From an uncultured Candidatus Saccharibacteria bacterium (GTDB lineage Bacteria > Patescibacteriota > Minisyncoccia > Phycocordibacterales > UBA12079): 64,000 nucleotides of DNA. The translations under genes were made by a program, and so were the position numbers. Each line of letters begins with the position of its first letter. Positions within the stretch are counted from its first letter, which is position 1. The stretch covers positions 40,200-104,199 of the forward strand of contig CAYWKC010000001.1 of assembly GCA_964459145.1 (NCBI GenBank). The letters run 5' to 3'. The notes under the pieces were generated by a model that worked only from the letters and a program-made list of their open reading frames with translations, made no database searches and was not told where the DNA came from. Shown here piece by piece: positions 9,401 to 19,778 of the stretch.

Positions 9401-10712
9401 AATTAAAGCAAGGTTTTTTGCTTGGAAGAGTAATTTTCAAGTGGGGATTTTGTTGGTATTAGTGGCAGGAATAATTTGTCCAATCGGTATAAGGGCTGAC
9501 CAGATTGATGAATTGAAAGCAGAAATTTCTAAGAGAAGTGTAGAGATGAATGTCTTGGAAGAGGAAATTGCTACTTGGGAAAAAGAAATTGAAATTATTG
9601 GTCAAGAAAAGCAAAGTTTGGACAGAGATATTAAACAATTAGATACCACTCAAAAAAAATTAAATTCCAGTATTTACTTAACCAGTAACCAGATAAATAC
9701 CACCAGTTTAAAAATTGAAGAATTAGCCATTGGGATAGATGAAAAAAAAGACGAAATTGAAAAAAATTCGAGGGCTTTAGCGGAAGCTCTACGGTCAATT
9801 AATGAACAAGAAAGTTATTCTCTGCTGGAATCTATGTTGTCTAACGATAAGTTGTCAGAGTTTTGGAATGATTTAGAAGGTTTGCAAAAAGTGCAGACAG
9901 AAATAAGAAACAAGACCAGTGTTTTGAAAGAATTAAAAGAAGAATTGACTGTTGATAAACAACAGTCAGAAGAAGAGAAAGAAGATTTGTCTTCATATAA
10001 AATAAAATTGGCTGATCAGAAAGAAATCGTAGAAAATAATCAAGAAGAAAAAAGTAAATTACTTACGGAAACAAAAAACAAAGAATCAAATTATCAAACA
10101 ATTTTGGATGAGAAAAAAGCATTAAGGGACCAGTTTGAGGCAGAATTGATGGAGTATGAGAATCAGCTAAGATTGGTGATTGACCCTAATAGTATTCCTG
10201 TAGCGGGACATATTTTATCATGGCCAGTAGAGAATGTTTACATCACTCAATTTTTTGGCCATACACCTTTTGCTACTGCTAATCCGCAAGTATATGGAGA
10301 GGGGGGGCACAATGGAGTTGATTTTCGGGCGTCTATCGGGACAAATATAAAAACAGTACTGAGTGGAACTGTGACAGCGGTAGGAAACACAGATATTAAT
10401 TGTCCGGGAGCTTCTTATGGCAAGTGGGTTTTAGTAAGACATAATAATGGATTGTCTTCTTTGTATGCGCATTTATCTTTGATTAAAGTTTCAGTGGGGC
10501 AGGTGTTAGTGACAGGGGATACAGTTGGTTATAGCGGAAATACTGGATACTCCACTGGTCCTCATTTGCATTTAACTATTTATGCAACAGAAGGAGTTGA
10601 GGTAAAAGAATATCCTTTTAAGAGTTGTAAGGGAGCAACAACAATTATGCCTTTGGTTACTCGTCGAGACGCCTATTTAAATCCCTTGTCTTATTTACCA
10701 GAGTACAAGTAG
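9378..10712 (+). CDS. Coiled-coil plus M23 peptidase (EnvC-like murein hydrolase)
   Basis: TM/signal segment, long coiled coil, HNGVD, YAHL, GNTGYSTGPHLH. Confidence 0.9.
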   Translation: MQLEKLIKIKARFFAWKSNFQVGILLVLVAGIICPIGIRADQIDELKAEISKRSVEMNVLEEEIATWEKEIEIIGQEKQSLDRDIKQLDTTQKKLNSSIYLTSNQINTTSLKIEELAIGIDEKKDEIEKNSRALAEALRSINEQESYSLLESMLSNDKLSEFWNDLEGLQKVQTEIRNKTSVLKELKEELTVDKQQSEEEKEDLSSYKIKLADQKEIVENNQEEKSKLLTETKNKESNYQTILDEKKALRDQFEAELMEYENQLRLVIDPNSIPVAGHILSWPVENVYITQFFGHTPFATANPQVYGEGGHNGVDFRASIGTNIKTVLSGTVTAVGNTDINCPGASYGKWVLVRHNNGLSSLYAHLSLIKVSVGQVLVTGDTVGYSGNTGYSTGPHLHLTIYATEGVEVKEYPFKSCKGATTIMPLVTRRDAYLNPLSYLPEYK

Positions 10713-10860
10713 GTTTCTTGGTATCAGAATTGAAAAATAACGGAAGATTGACAATATCGTGAAGTTTTGATTGAATGAGAGAGGAAAAAGGGTAGTTCAT
10801 TTTAGATATATTGAGGGTGTTTTTTAAACCGTTAACTTTTTGAAAAAAAGGGGGGAAACG

Positions 10861-11367
10861 ATGGCAAACGAGTGGGAAAAGTTATTAGAAGGAATCTATG
10901 GGGTTGAGACCGAAACAGCAGAAAAGGCGGAGAAATTCATGGAAGAGGCTGTCTTGGAGGCAACGAGGGTGAGCCACGAGGCTGAAGTGAAGTTTTATAT
11001 TAACACTTTAGCAGAGGTCAAAGCGGAACAAGTAGTTTGCCAGCAATCGCTGGCAAGAACAAGAGAAGACCTTGGAAAATCCCGAAAGGAGATAATTTTT
11101 CTCCTCAAGGAAAATTCCGAAAAAACTCAAAAAATTGAGATTCTAGAAACCCGGGTGGGGACAGAAGAAGGGTCTCGGGAATATTTTGAGAGGGAAGCGA
11201 GACATTGTCGCCATAAGAGTTCCCGTCAGAGAAGTATAATTGAGGGTTCTCTGGCACTTCTCAATTCTGTCCAAACGGTGGCAAGAACACCGCTTAAAGT
11301 GAAGGAAATGATAAAAAGAGTCTCGAAGATTTTGTGTGAGGCTCTCGATTACGAACCCCCGAAATAA
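10861..11367 (+). CDS. Hypothetical coiled-coil ORFan with own promoter and terminator
   Basis: TTGACA at 10748, G-rich SD before ATG 10861, hairpin plus T tract at 11395-11430. Confidence 0.6.
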   Translation: MANEWEKLLEGIYGVETETAEKAEKFMEEAVLEATRVSHEAEVKFYINTLAEVKAEQVVCQQSLARTREDLGKSRKEIIFLLKENSEKTQKIEILETRVGTEEGSREYFEREARHCRHKSSRQRSIIEGSLALLNSVQTVARTPLKVKEMIKRVSKILCEALDYEPPK

Positions 11368-11394
11368 CACACAATAATACACAAGGAAAAGTGA

Positions 11395-11430
11395 AGGTCA
11401 GCTGGGAGGAGCTGACCTTTTTATTTTTTC
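11395..11430 (+). terminator. Intrinsic terminator
   Basis: aaggtcagct-gggagg-agctgacctt followed by T tract. Confidence 0.8.
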
Positions 11431-11576
11431 ATTTCTCTATTCTAACCGGAAAGAGTTGTTATGTTGATTGTTTGATGTCAGTACAAAAAACATTGACAAA
11501 ACCTATAAAATGGGGTATTTTGTGGTTAGGTAGGGGATTTGTATTTTTTTAAACACTTAAAAAAGGAGGAAGCGTT

Positions 11577-11807
11577 ATGTCTGAAAATATGGGTGATATT
11601 GATCGTTTGGAAGGAACTCTCCATAATGGGAGAGGGAAGGAGGAAAATGTAAAACTCCGGACAGTTATCGGGATAGCAGTTGATAAGCTCAAATTTTTGG
11701 TGTATCAAACCAATAACGGGATGATCGCCAATATTAAGGAGGTGGAGGAAGAGGTTAACTCTATTATAGCTGACCTCAGTCCTTTTGTTTTTGTTTCTAC
11801 TAAATAG
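11577..11807 (+). CDS. Small hypothetical ORFan with own promoter
   Basis: TTGACA(11493)-17-TATTTT, SD AAGGAGGA, hairpin at ~11835-11870. Confidence 0.6.
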   Translation: MSENMGDIDRLEGTLHNGRGKEENVKLRTVIGIAVDKLKFLVYQTNNGMIANIKEVEEEVNSIIADLSPFVFVSTK

Positions 11808-11869
11808 TGGTGAACCCTTTTTTAAAAAAATAGACGGGTCAGCTTTATGTTTATGAGTTGGCCTGTTTT

Positions 11870-12277
11870 TTATTTAAGAATGTAACGGACAGTGGGGCCG
11901 GCGGGGGAGGATTGAACGATTTTGTTTTCTGATTCTAATTCGTTAAGATACTTGAGGGCGGTCTTGTCGGAGACCTTTAATAAGTTTTCAACCTCTTCGC
12001 GGGGAATACCTACTGGTCTATTTTCAATACTACAATTTTTGAGGGCTTGTTGATGTTCGGTTTCTCTTTTTAAAAATTCTAAAATTTGGTTTTTGCGTTC
12101 CTCAGTTCGTTCGTCTAAAGCTTCTGTGGCTTTTTTTCTCAGATCTTGAAGTTCTGGGGGAGGAAGGGAACTAAAATTAGTAATGGATGCTTTTTTGGAA
12201 GCGCGGATTTTAGCAAATTTTTTACCTAAAATAAAACCGAGTATTCCTAAAAGAGCTAAACCTAAATAATAATACAT
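11870..12277 (-). CDS. Membrane-anchored protein with C-terminal winged HTH
   Basis: N-terminal TM (MYYYLGLALLGILGFILG); REEVENLLKVSDKTALKYLNELE wHTH pattern. Confidence 0.65.
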   Translation of the reverse strand: MYYYLGLALLGILGFILGKKFAKIRASKKASITNFSSLPPPELQDLRKKATEALDERTEERKNQILEFLKRETEHQQALKNCSIENRPVGIPREEVENLLKVSDKTALKYLNELESENKIVQSSPAGPTVRYILK

Positions 12278-12418
12278 ATTTTTTGTTAGTAATAATGTTA
12301 ATAAAGAACTCATTCCAGAAGAAGTAGGGCGGTTTGGGGTGAATAGGGTGGAATTATGGAGTTATTCGTTTCGGGAGGATTTGGGGAGGTCCGACCTCCC
12401 GAGATTGGTGGAGTAGGA

Positions 12419-13189
12419 TTATTCTTCTTTCTGGGTGGTTTGAAAAAAGACATTGTCGCAGGATGGGGATTTGGTGAAGCCGGCTGATTGAGCTTCTGCC
12501 TCGGTGCAGAAATAGGCCTCGCCTTTTTTGGGATCTATTTTTACTGATGAATAAGAAGGGCAATCGGGTAAAAAGTATAGGTTGCCAGCATCTATGGTAG
12601 AAATGTTACCTTTAATGATACAATCAGAGTTGTCTGGTTGTGCATCTATTGTCCCTTTAAAGTCTTTGGGTAATTTTTCGCAAGTCCCCCAAGCTCCTTT
12701 CTTGTATTGTTTGGCTTTGCCTTCGGCGTTAGATAGATAATCTTTATATCTAAAATCTGGTGGGGTGGGGAGAGCCACAGCAAAACCGTTGTCTATCATA
12801 TATTTACTAAGCATAATATCATCTTCCTTTTCTATGTTTGATGGAAGGAAAACATGGCGGAGCAGGCGACCGAAACGGTCTGTTCCTGAAGAATCTCTTT
12901 CTAAACGAACTTCTTTATCTAGAATCAAATCATTAAGGGCTTGGGTGGCTTCTGCAAAATAACATTCATTTTTTTCTGGTGCGGAGATATTTAGGATTCT
13001 GACTGTAACAACACCATCTTCTTCTTTAGCACCGGCAATTTCAAAAGTATCACCGTCAAGCACCCTTAAGACTTTGTGGAGATTGTCTGGTTGACCACTG
13101 TAATCTTTGGTTTTGATAATTTGGTAGCCGATTAGACCAGAACTGGCCAAGAGGGCAGTGATGGCTGAGAGAATGACTTTGGTTTTCAT
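12419..13189 (-). CDS. Secreted thermonuclease (SNase) family protein with Cys-rich C-terminal domain
   Basis: RVLDGDT, ISAPE, DRFGRLL; C-terminal CIIKGNIS...FCTEAEAQSAGF. Confidence 0.88.
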   Translation of the reverse strand: MKTKVILSAITALLASSGLIGYQIIKTKDYSGQPDNLHKVLRVLDGDTFEIAGAKEEDGVVTVRILNISAPEKNECYFAEATQALNDLILDKEVRLERDSSGTDRFGRLLRHVFLPSNIEKEDDIMLSKYMIDNGFAVALPTPPDFRYKDYLSNAEGKAKQYKKGAWGTCEKLPKDFKGTIDAQPDNSDCIIKGNISTIDAGNLYFLPDCPSYSSVKIDPKKGEAYFCTEAEAQSAGFTKSPSCDNVFFQTTQKEE

Positions 13190-13306
13190 ATTTAAATTAT
13201 ATCATAATTGGAAAAGAGAAGGGAATTAAATTTGTTTGGGTAGTGCATTTTTATATACACAGTTTAGTTTTGAAAAAAATAAAATTGTTATATAATTTAA
13301 ATAAGT

Positions 13307-13621
13307 ATGATGAAGTTTAAAAATGATAACAGGGGACTGATCAAATGGATTATTCTGATAGTGATAGCAGTGATTGTCTTGAGTTATTTTGGTTTTGACC
13401 TAAGGGCTATTATTGAGTCTGACAGAACTCAAAATAATTTGGGCTATTTATGGGGATTAGGAGTGACAGTTTGGAACGAATATTTATCACGCCCAGTTTT
13501 ATATTTTTGGAATAATATTTTTATTGATTTGCTATGGAATAGTTTTGTGGAAAATATGGAAAGAATTAAAGCTGGGCAAGCAACAACAATTGAAGAAATG
13601 GTGCCACAGTTACCAAGCTAA
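13307..13621 (+). CDS. Hypothetical membrane protein with prepilin-like N-terminus
   Basis: NRG-LIKWIILIVIAVIVL hydrophobic segment. Confidence 0.65.
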   Translation: MMKFKNDNRGLIKWIILIVIAVIVLSYFGFDLRAIIESDRTQNNLGYLWGLGVTVWNEYLSRPVLYFWNNIFIDLLWNSFVENMERIKAGQATTIEEMVPQLPS

Positions 13622-13731
13622 AGAAAAGAGTAGGGGATTAATAGTCAAAAGTCCATAAAGTCAGAAAAATTTGCAGAGCAAATTTTTCCCTTTTGACTTT
13701 TGACTTTATAAACCTTCGACTTAAAATAATT

Positions 13732-13857
13732 ATGTGGGAAAAAATTTTGGTAATAGTTTTATTTGTTTTTGGTTTAGTTTTATATGCTTTTACTGTGCAT
13801 TTAGATAAGGTCTTAAATGATCCCATTATTCAGAATAATGTAGACTTTACTTATTAA
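13732..13857 (+). CDS. Putative 41-aa single-pass membrane protein (not in ORF track)
   Basis: MWEKILVIVLFVFGLVLYAFTVHLDKVLNDPIIQNNVDFTY*. Confidence 0.4.
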   Translation: MWEKILVIVLFVFGLVLYAFTVHLDKVLNDPIIQNNVDFTY

Positions 13858-14020
13858 GCATAGAATTTAAAAAACCCTCCGCCAAGCTTCCCCCAAACAG
13901 AACATAATATTTTTTTCTCCCTACGGGTCTGAAAAAAATTTATTCATTCCTTCTTCGCTCTGGCTCCGAAAGTCTGTTTGGTGGAACTTGGTTACGGGTT
14001 TCGAGAATTGGTAATTTCTT

Positions 14021-14452
14021 ATGAAAAATTGTAAATTAAAAATCAAAAAACTGGATAGGGAAGCTACCCTACCCGATTATGCTTATCTGGGAGATGCTGG
14101 TTTAGACTTATATTCTAATACTAACATTTTAATTAAATCTTTTGAGAGAAAAGTTATTCCTACTGGAGTGGCTATGGAAATTCCAGATGGCTATGTCGGT
14201 TTGATTTGGGATAAAAGTAGTTTAGGAATCAAAGAAATTTTAAAAACTTTGGGGGGAGTGGTTGATAGTGGTTATCGTGGAGAGATTAAAGTAGGATTGG
14301 TTAATCTTTCTAAAAAAGATTTTCAAATCTCTAAAGGGCAAAAAATTGCTCAGATGATTATTCAAAAGAAAGAGGAAGTTAAGGTAAAAGAGGTGGACGA
14401 TTTATCTGAAAGTGAGAGGGGAACTAAAAAGTTTGGGAGTAGTAATAGATAG
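14021..14452 (+). CDS. dut: dUTP diphosphatase
   Basis: DAGLDL, GVVDSGYRGEI, KIAQM, SERG..FGSS. Confidence 0.95.
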   Translation: MKNCKLKIKKLDREATLPDYAYLGDAGLDLYSNTNILIKSFERKVIPTGVAMEIPDGYVGLIWDKSSLGIKEILKTLGGVVDSGYRGEIKVGLVNLSKKDFQISKGQKIAQMIIQKKEEVKVKEVDDLSESERGTKKFGSSNR

Positions 14453-14551
14453 ATGATAGAGATTACATGTTAAAAGAAAAAACTGCTTAGAACTCATTTT
14501 TAGCCCTTGTTTGAGGGCTAAAAATATGAACATAGTTAAATGTCTATAAAG

Positions 14552-14572
14552 CCTGCCTGGCCGGCAGGCAGG
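14552..14572. repeat. CCTGCC-type 21-bp palindrome flanked by 10-bp direct repeat
   Basis: cctgcctggccggcaggcagg between gtctataaag copies at 14542-14551 and 14572-14581. Confidence 0.75.
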
Positions 14573-14745
14573 TCTATAAAGTCGAAAGAAAATGCAGGGG
14601 AAGGGCTTTTTTAGAATACTATGTCGCAAAAGGTATATTGTGCGACGTAGTATTATTCTCCCCTTCTCCCTTTTTTAATATAAAAAATAAAAGCCACCAG
14701 ACACGAATGTCGGTGGCACCCCCTTTCTATTTTGGGAGATGTTTA

Positions 14746-14943
14746 TTAAGCTCTTTCCCAGTGGTTGGGGAAAAACTTACCTCTTTTCCCCTCCAGCCGA
14801 ATAAGACCGTCTAGGAGAACTTCACTAATAATTTCAATTTTGCCTCTTCTTCGCCCGGCGATAGCATCGCTCCGTCGAATAACCCTTTCCCCTATTTTGA
14901 ATTTTTGTAGAGGAATAGGTCTTCTGATAGTTATTTCTTCCAT
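14746..14943 (-). CDS. Small basic ORFan (possibly KOW/SH3-like)
   Basis: SD AAGGAGGT (14955-14948) before ATG 14943; FKIGERVI; TGGACA-17-TATTCT promoter; hairpin near 14690-14720. Confidence 0.55.
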   Translation of the reverse strand: MEEITIRRPIPLQKFKIGERVIRRSDAIAGRRRGKIEIISEVLLDGLIRLEGKRGKFFPNHWERA

Positions 14944-15246
14944 TCTTACCTCCTTAAAATTTCTTTTATTGTTTTTGTTTTTTTCTTTGGTCAAATCAAT
15001 TTTATTTATCTTTTCTCTTAAAAAGGAAATTAAACATTAAGAACATTTCTATAAATAGAATAACATTATTTTGGATTTTTGTCCATATCTATGATTTTTT
15101 ATTTTTTGACTGGCATAACTAATCACAGAATAAATAATATAAGCCAAGATAGCTGAAAAGACTGCTGTAAAAATAGTCAAAAGAATTGTGGCTACTCTGA
15201 TAAGAACAAGGGAAATTTTTTATTAATTATTAATTGAAATTAAAGA

Positions 15247-15738
15247 TTAAAGATTATCGGGATTATCTAATATTTTTAATTTTTGTTTTAAGATAACATC
15301 ATTTTCTCCAAATAAAAACTTGCCTTTAAACTTTTTTCTTTCCAAAAATAAAGGTATCCAATGAATGTCGTCTGGCCACATCTCGGAATAAGGAATTTCA
15401 TCAATATGGAACCACTGGGGCTTCATTTCTTCACTTTCAATTGGTTGTCCATTAAATTTTTCTCCTCTAAAAATATGAACTTCTAAAATTTCTGGGTTGC
15501 CTTGAAATTCAAAATTTAAAATTCCAATTTTTTCTAGTTTCTGTTCAATTTCAATACCGGCTTCTTCTTTTATTTCTCTAACGGCAGCCTCTTCAATTGT
15601 TTCTCCTTTTTCTACTTTTCCCCCAAAACCATTCCATCTTCCCATTCCAAAACCACGTTTTTTCATTCCTAATAATATCTGAGAATGGTTATGAACAATA
15701 CAAAGTGTCATTTGTTTTTTCACTGTTTTTGCTTTCAA
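15247..15738 (-). CDS. NUDIX hydrolase, MTH1/8-oxo-dGTPase-like
   Basis: KKRGFG.G.WNGFGGKVE.GE...REIKEEAG, SEEMKPQWF, MWPDD. Confidence 0.92.
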   Translation of the reverse strand: MKAKTVKKQMTLCIVHNHSQILLGMKKRGFGMGRWNGFGGKVEKGETIEEAAVREIKEEAGIEIEQKLEKIGILNFEFQGNPEILEVHIFRGEKFNGQPIESEEMKPQWFHIDEIPYSEMWPDDIHWIPLFLERKKFKGKFLFGENDVILKQKLKILDNPDNL

Positions 15739-15792
15739 TTTTTAATTAATAATGACTTTTGACTTTATAAACTTTATGAACTTTTAACTCTT

Positions 15793-16194
15793 TTATATTC
15801 CTTTACAATTGCTAGCGGGGGTGTAGCCTGCCAATTCGGCTTCTTCTTTGCTATTAAACCAAATTTGATTGTCTGTTTTGATTCGTTGTGCTCCCGAACA
15901 CCACGGAGCATGATATTTATTGCTATTTTTTGAAGCCACGTACTTTCCTCCTAAAACCTGCGGGGGCTGAACTTCTTCTGTAGATTGGGATATTTGAGCT
16001 AAATTATTGTTTTCTAGGATTGAATTTTGAATTAAAATGGGTGTTTGATTTTTCTCTGTTTGAGATAATCTTCCTAAACCAAATGAGCAAAAGGCTGTCA
16101 TAATAATCAATATAATTATAAAAACGGCCTTATCTTTTGTGAGTGCATCAATTTTCTCCTTGATTTTATTGATAATTTCCTTTATACTTTTCAT
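15793..16194 (-). CDS. Membrane protein with Ada-like metal-binding C-terminal domain
   Basis: TM helix; YVASKNSNKYHAPWC...EAELAGYTPASNC. Confidence 0.75.
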   Translation of the reverse strand: MKSIKEIINKIKEKIDALTKDKAVFIIILIIMTAFCSFGLGRLSQTEKNQTPILIQNSILENNNLAQISQSTEEVQPPQVLGGKYVASKNSNKYHAPWCSGAQRIKTDNQIWFNSKEEAELAGYTPASNCKGI

Positions 16195-16386
16195 TAGTTT
16201 TAATATTAAGATATTAAAGCTATTTTAACAAAATTAATGAGTAAGTGGTAGTGGTTTTATTATCCGCCCAAGGCGGATGACATATTTACGACTATCAAAA
16301 TTCAATAATAACTGAGTGGTGGCTCCTGAAATTTTATCCGCCCAAGGCGGATGACTATTTTTGTAGTCGTTGCACTCCTCAAAAAT

Positions 16387-16659
16387 ATGTCACATAAAAA
16401 AGCGGGTGGATCAACCAAAAATTTAAGAGATTCAGGACCTCAATATTTGGGAACAAAGTTATATGATGGACAAAAGGCCAAAGTTGGTTCTATTGTGGTT
16501 CGCCAAAGAGGAACTAAAATTTTAGCTGGAAAAAATGTTCAAGTTGGTAAAGATCATACCCTTTTTGCTGTCAAGGAAGGCAAAGTAAAATTTACTAAAA
16601 AAAGAAAATTAAATTTTGATGGTTCTACTAGACGAAAAAAAGTAGCTAATATTATATAA
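16387..16659 (+). CDS. rpmA: 50S ribosomal protein L27
   Basis: [30 protein letters not shown]; true start at 16387. Confidence 0.97.
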   Translation: MSHKKAGGSTKNLRDSGPQYLGTKLYDGQKAKVGSIVVRQRGTKILAGKNVQVGKDHTLFAVKEGKVKFTKKRKLNFDGSTRRKKVANII

Positions 16660-16740
16660 AAAATAAGTAAAAATAAAAATTCCGAATTAATTAATTCGGA
16701 ATTTTTATTTTTATATATAATTTTTTATTTATATAATTAA

Positions 16741-16793
16741 TTTATGGCTATGCGATAGCCATAAATTATTATGGCTATCGCATAGCCATAATT
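16741..16793. repeat. Tandem pair of ATGGCTA-TGCGA-TAGCCAT palindromes
   Basis: Two adjacent copies in opposite orientation; further copies near 25150 and 53566. Confidence 0.8.
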
Positions 16794-16875
16794 GGTTTTT
16801 AAAACCCAGACCCAAGCCCATACCATTTTAAAAACTAATATAGCCAAAGTTCCGGAATACTATAAAAACTTAAGT

Positions 16876-17319
16876 TTAGAGAGCTTTAATTTGGAGAGAG
16901 AATTTTCCTTCTTCCTGTTCTACCTTAATTTTTATTTCGTACTCCCCTACTTTCTTAAGAGGTTTCTCTAATTGTAGAATTTCTGGATCAATCTCTATCC
17001 CAGTTTTATCTTTAATAATTTTTGCAATTTCTTTTTTGTCTAGACCAGCAAACAGTTTTCCTTCCTGACTGGTTTTAACTTCTATGTCAATTACTTTTTC
17101 ATTTAGTTTCTTAATTAGTTCTTTTGAATTTTCAACCATTTTCTGCTGTTCCTGTTCGTGTTTTTCTTTCAAGTTAGTCAATTCTTTTATAACTTGATTG
17201 GTGGCTAATTTGGCTAACTTTTGTGGAAGCAAAAAATTAACAGCGTAACCATCTGAAATCGTCTTAATATCAAACTTTTTCCCCACTTTAGGAACATCTT
17301 GTAGTAAAATAACTTTCAT
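16876..17319 (-). CDS. rplI: 50S ribosomal protein L9
   Basis: MKVILLQDV, GYAVNFLLP, GKLFAG. Confidence 0.96.
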   Translation of the reverse strand: MKVILLQDVPKVGKKFDIKTISDGYAVNFLLPQKLAKLATNQVIKELTNLKEKHEQEQQKMVENSKELIKKLNEKVIDIEVKTSQEGKLFAGLDKKEIAKIIKDKTGIEIDPEILQLEKPLKKVGEYEIKIKVEQEEGKFSLQIKAL

Positions 17320-17418
17320 ATTAGTTGTTTATTTAACTTTTTATATTTTATCTCTATTTGAAGAAAAAGCAATCAATAAAATACTTAGTTAATACTTAGT
17401 TATTTAGGCACCCGGTGC

Positions 17419-18714
17419 CTAAATGTTGTTGAGAGCTTCGATGGCTTTATCTAATTGGGGGTCTCCTCCACTTTTTATGTAGTCAACGTCGTCTTCAGTT
17501 ATCTCAATCTCAATATCAGGTTTTAATCCTTCATGGGAAAAAGAATTTCCATTGGGTGTCAACCAGCGTGCTACAGTTACTTTTAGAGAAGTTTCTGGGG
17601 TTATCTTAATTAATTCTTGAACAGAACCTTTTCCAAAGGTCTGAGTGCCAACCAAAATGGCTTTACCATATTCTTGTAAAGCTCCAGCTAAAATTTCAGA
17701 GGCGGAAGCCGAACCTTCGTTAACCAAAATAGCCATTTTTAAATTATCATTAAAAATATCGTAACCTTTGCTGTAATGAATTTTGTTTGCTTCTTTTCCG
17801 CCATAATCCTCAGTGACAACTACTTTTCCTATAGGGAGAAACCAACTGGCAATATCTGTAGCAGCTTCTAAATAACCACCTGGGTTTCCTCGCAAGTCCA
17901 GAATTAATTTATCAGTTTCTCCATTTTGAATGAATTTTCTTAAGGCCTCTCTAAAAAGATTAGGAGAAACAGCCGTAAAACTATAAAGACGAATAATAAA
18001 AACTCCATTTCTTATTTCAGACCCCTCTTTAACTTCAGTTTCAATCGTAGGAATATCAATAACATCTCGAGTGATAGAAACTTCAAAAGATTCTTTCTCC
18101 CCTTCTCTTGCTATCAACAGGACCACTGCTGTGCCTTTTTCTCCACGAATAAGTTTAACCGCATCAGTGGTGTCCATGTTTTTGGTTGATTTTCCGTCAA
18201 TTTCTAAAATTTTGTCTTTAGGTTGCATTCCAGCTCTTTCCGCTGGGGTATCTTTTAGAGGAGCAATGACGATTAAAGTATTGTCTTTAATTCCAATTTC
18301 CATACCGACTCCTTCAAAGTTGCCTTCAATGTCATCTTCAAACATTGCCGATTCCGACGGTGGCAAAAAAACAGTATAAGGGTCTCCAAAAGAATTAGTC
18401 AGGCCTTGGATTGCTCCCCAAATTTTATCTTGAGTGGTTATTTCTTTATCCTCGTCTTCTTTATCTTTAACGAACCTCTCATCTAAAATTTTCCATGTTT
18501 CCCAAAATGGTTTTAAACTAACTGCTTCAAATTCAGGGTTTTCTTTATCAAGAATGTTTGAAATTGATTCATTTTTAGAAAAATTAAATTGTGAGCCGAA
18601 GACAAAACTTCCAACCAAAAGAACTACAATGATTACACAGAAACCAATTTTTTTAGTTGTTTTTTTCTTAAAGATTTTCTTAATTTTTTTTAGAAAACGG
18701 TTGAATAATTCCAT
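17419..18714 (-). CDS. S41 carboxy-terminal processing protease with PDZ domain
   Basis: GDPYT, FEGVGMEI, DLRGNPGG, SASASEI, TFGKGSVQ. Confidence 0.95.
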   Translation of the reverse strand: MELFNRFLKKIKKIFKKKTTKKIGFCVIIVVLLVGSFVFGSQFNFSKNESISNILDKENPEFEAVSLKPFWETWKILDERFVKDKEDEDKEITTQDKIWGAIQGLTNSFGDPYTVFLPPSESAMFEDDIEGNFEGVGMEIGIKDNTLIVIAPLKDTPAERAGMQPKDKILEIDGKSTKNMDTTDAVKLIRGEKGTAVVLLIAREGEKESFEVSITRDVIDIPTIETEVKEGSEIRNGVFIIRLYSFTAVSPNLFREALRKFIQNGETDKLILDLRGNPGGYLEAATDIASWFLPIGKVVVTEDYGGKEANKIHYSKGYDIFNDNLKMAILVNEGSASASEILAGALQEYGKAILVGTQTFGKGSVQELIKITPETSLKVTVARWLTPNGNSFSHEGLKPDIEIEITEDDVDYIKSGGDPQLDKAIEALNNI

Positions 18715-18857
18715 GTCCTTTCAATTAAATTTTTCGTATTTTTAATAAAGACTATAATAACACATTTATTTAACAATAAAAACTTGCTCCCTTTTTTAAT
18801 TTGTAATAACCAGAGATTATAGTAAAATAATACTTATTGACATTAAATAAAATATTT

Positions 18858-19778
18858 ATGATAAAAAAATATACTTCAAAAAATATCACTTGGATAGATA
18901 TGGAGGAACCTGACCGTCGAGAAATAAAATCCTTAATGAATGAATATAAAATTCATCCTTTAGTGGCCGAGGAACTTTTGATTTCTACCTTTCGACCAAC
19001 AGTTGATTTATATGATAATTTTATTTATCTTATCTTGCATTTTCCGATTTTAAGTCATTCTAATGGTGAGGTTAGTAGTTCTAACTTAGAAATTGATTTT
19101 ATTATTGGTAAAGATTTTTTCATTACAACTCGTTACAACGGAATAAACCCTTTACAAAAAACTTCCAAAATCTTTGAAATAGAAAATATTCTTAATGAAA
19201 AAAATCGTTGGGAACATGGGGGTTATCTTTTTTACTATGTGGCTCAACAATTATACAAAAATTTGATTGATGAATTGGATTATCTTGAAAATTTGCAGGA
19301 GGATATGGAAAGCGGTATTTTTGGTGGAAATGAAAAGAAAATGGTCAAGAAAATTTCGCAGGTTAGCCACAATTTGCTTGATTTTAGACAAGCTATTCTG
19401 CCACACAAAGAAGTTTTAGATTCATTAGAAAAAATCGGAGGTGAATTTTTCGGTAAAGATTTTTCTTATTATTTAAAGGATGTCAACAATAAATATCGTA
19501 AAGTGTCTCATATTATAGAAACGAATATAGAAAATTTAAAAGAATTAAGAATCACCAACGATTCTCTTTTGACAACCAAACAAAATGAAACCATGAAAAT
19601 TTTTACGATTTTAGCCTTCGTAACTTTTCCTCTGTCTTTGTTTGCTTCTCTTTTTGGTATGAATGCTGCCTTTATGCCAATTATTGGAATGAAATACGAT
19701 TTCTGGTACATTGTCGGGATTATGTTGTTTTTGACTGGATTAATGTTTACTTTTTTCAAATATAAAAAATGGTTCTAA
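18858..19778 (+). CDS. corA: CorA-family Mg2+/Co2+ transporter
   Basis: WIDM, IHPL, NETMKIFT, FGMN and two C-terminal TM helices. Confidence 0.9.
   Translation: MIKKYTSKNITWIDMEEPDRREIKSLMNEYKIHPLVAEELLISTFRPTVDLYDNFIYLILHFPILSHSNGEVSSSNLEIDFIIGKDFFITTRYNGINPLQKTSKIFEIENILNEKNRWEHGGYLFYYVAQQLYKNLIDELDYLENLQEDMESGIFGGNEKKMVKKISQVSHNLLDFRQAILPHKEVLDSLEKIGGEFFGKDFSYYLKDVNNKYRKVSHIIETNIENLKELRITNDSLLTTKQNETMKIFTILAFVTFPLSLFASLFGMNAAFMPIIGMKYDFWYIVGIMLFLTGLMFTFFKYKKWF

Noticed and set aside
15055-15225. Hydrophobic open stretch on the minus strand (KISLVLIRVATILL...)
   Set aside because: No start codon after the upstream stop; at most a gene fragment.
16240-16800. Possible CRISPR array from repeated palindromes
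   Set aside because: Only two copies of each repeat, no regular spacers and no cas operon; the Cas4-like gene is distant and solitary.
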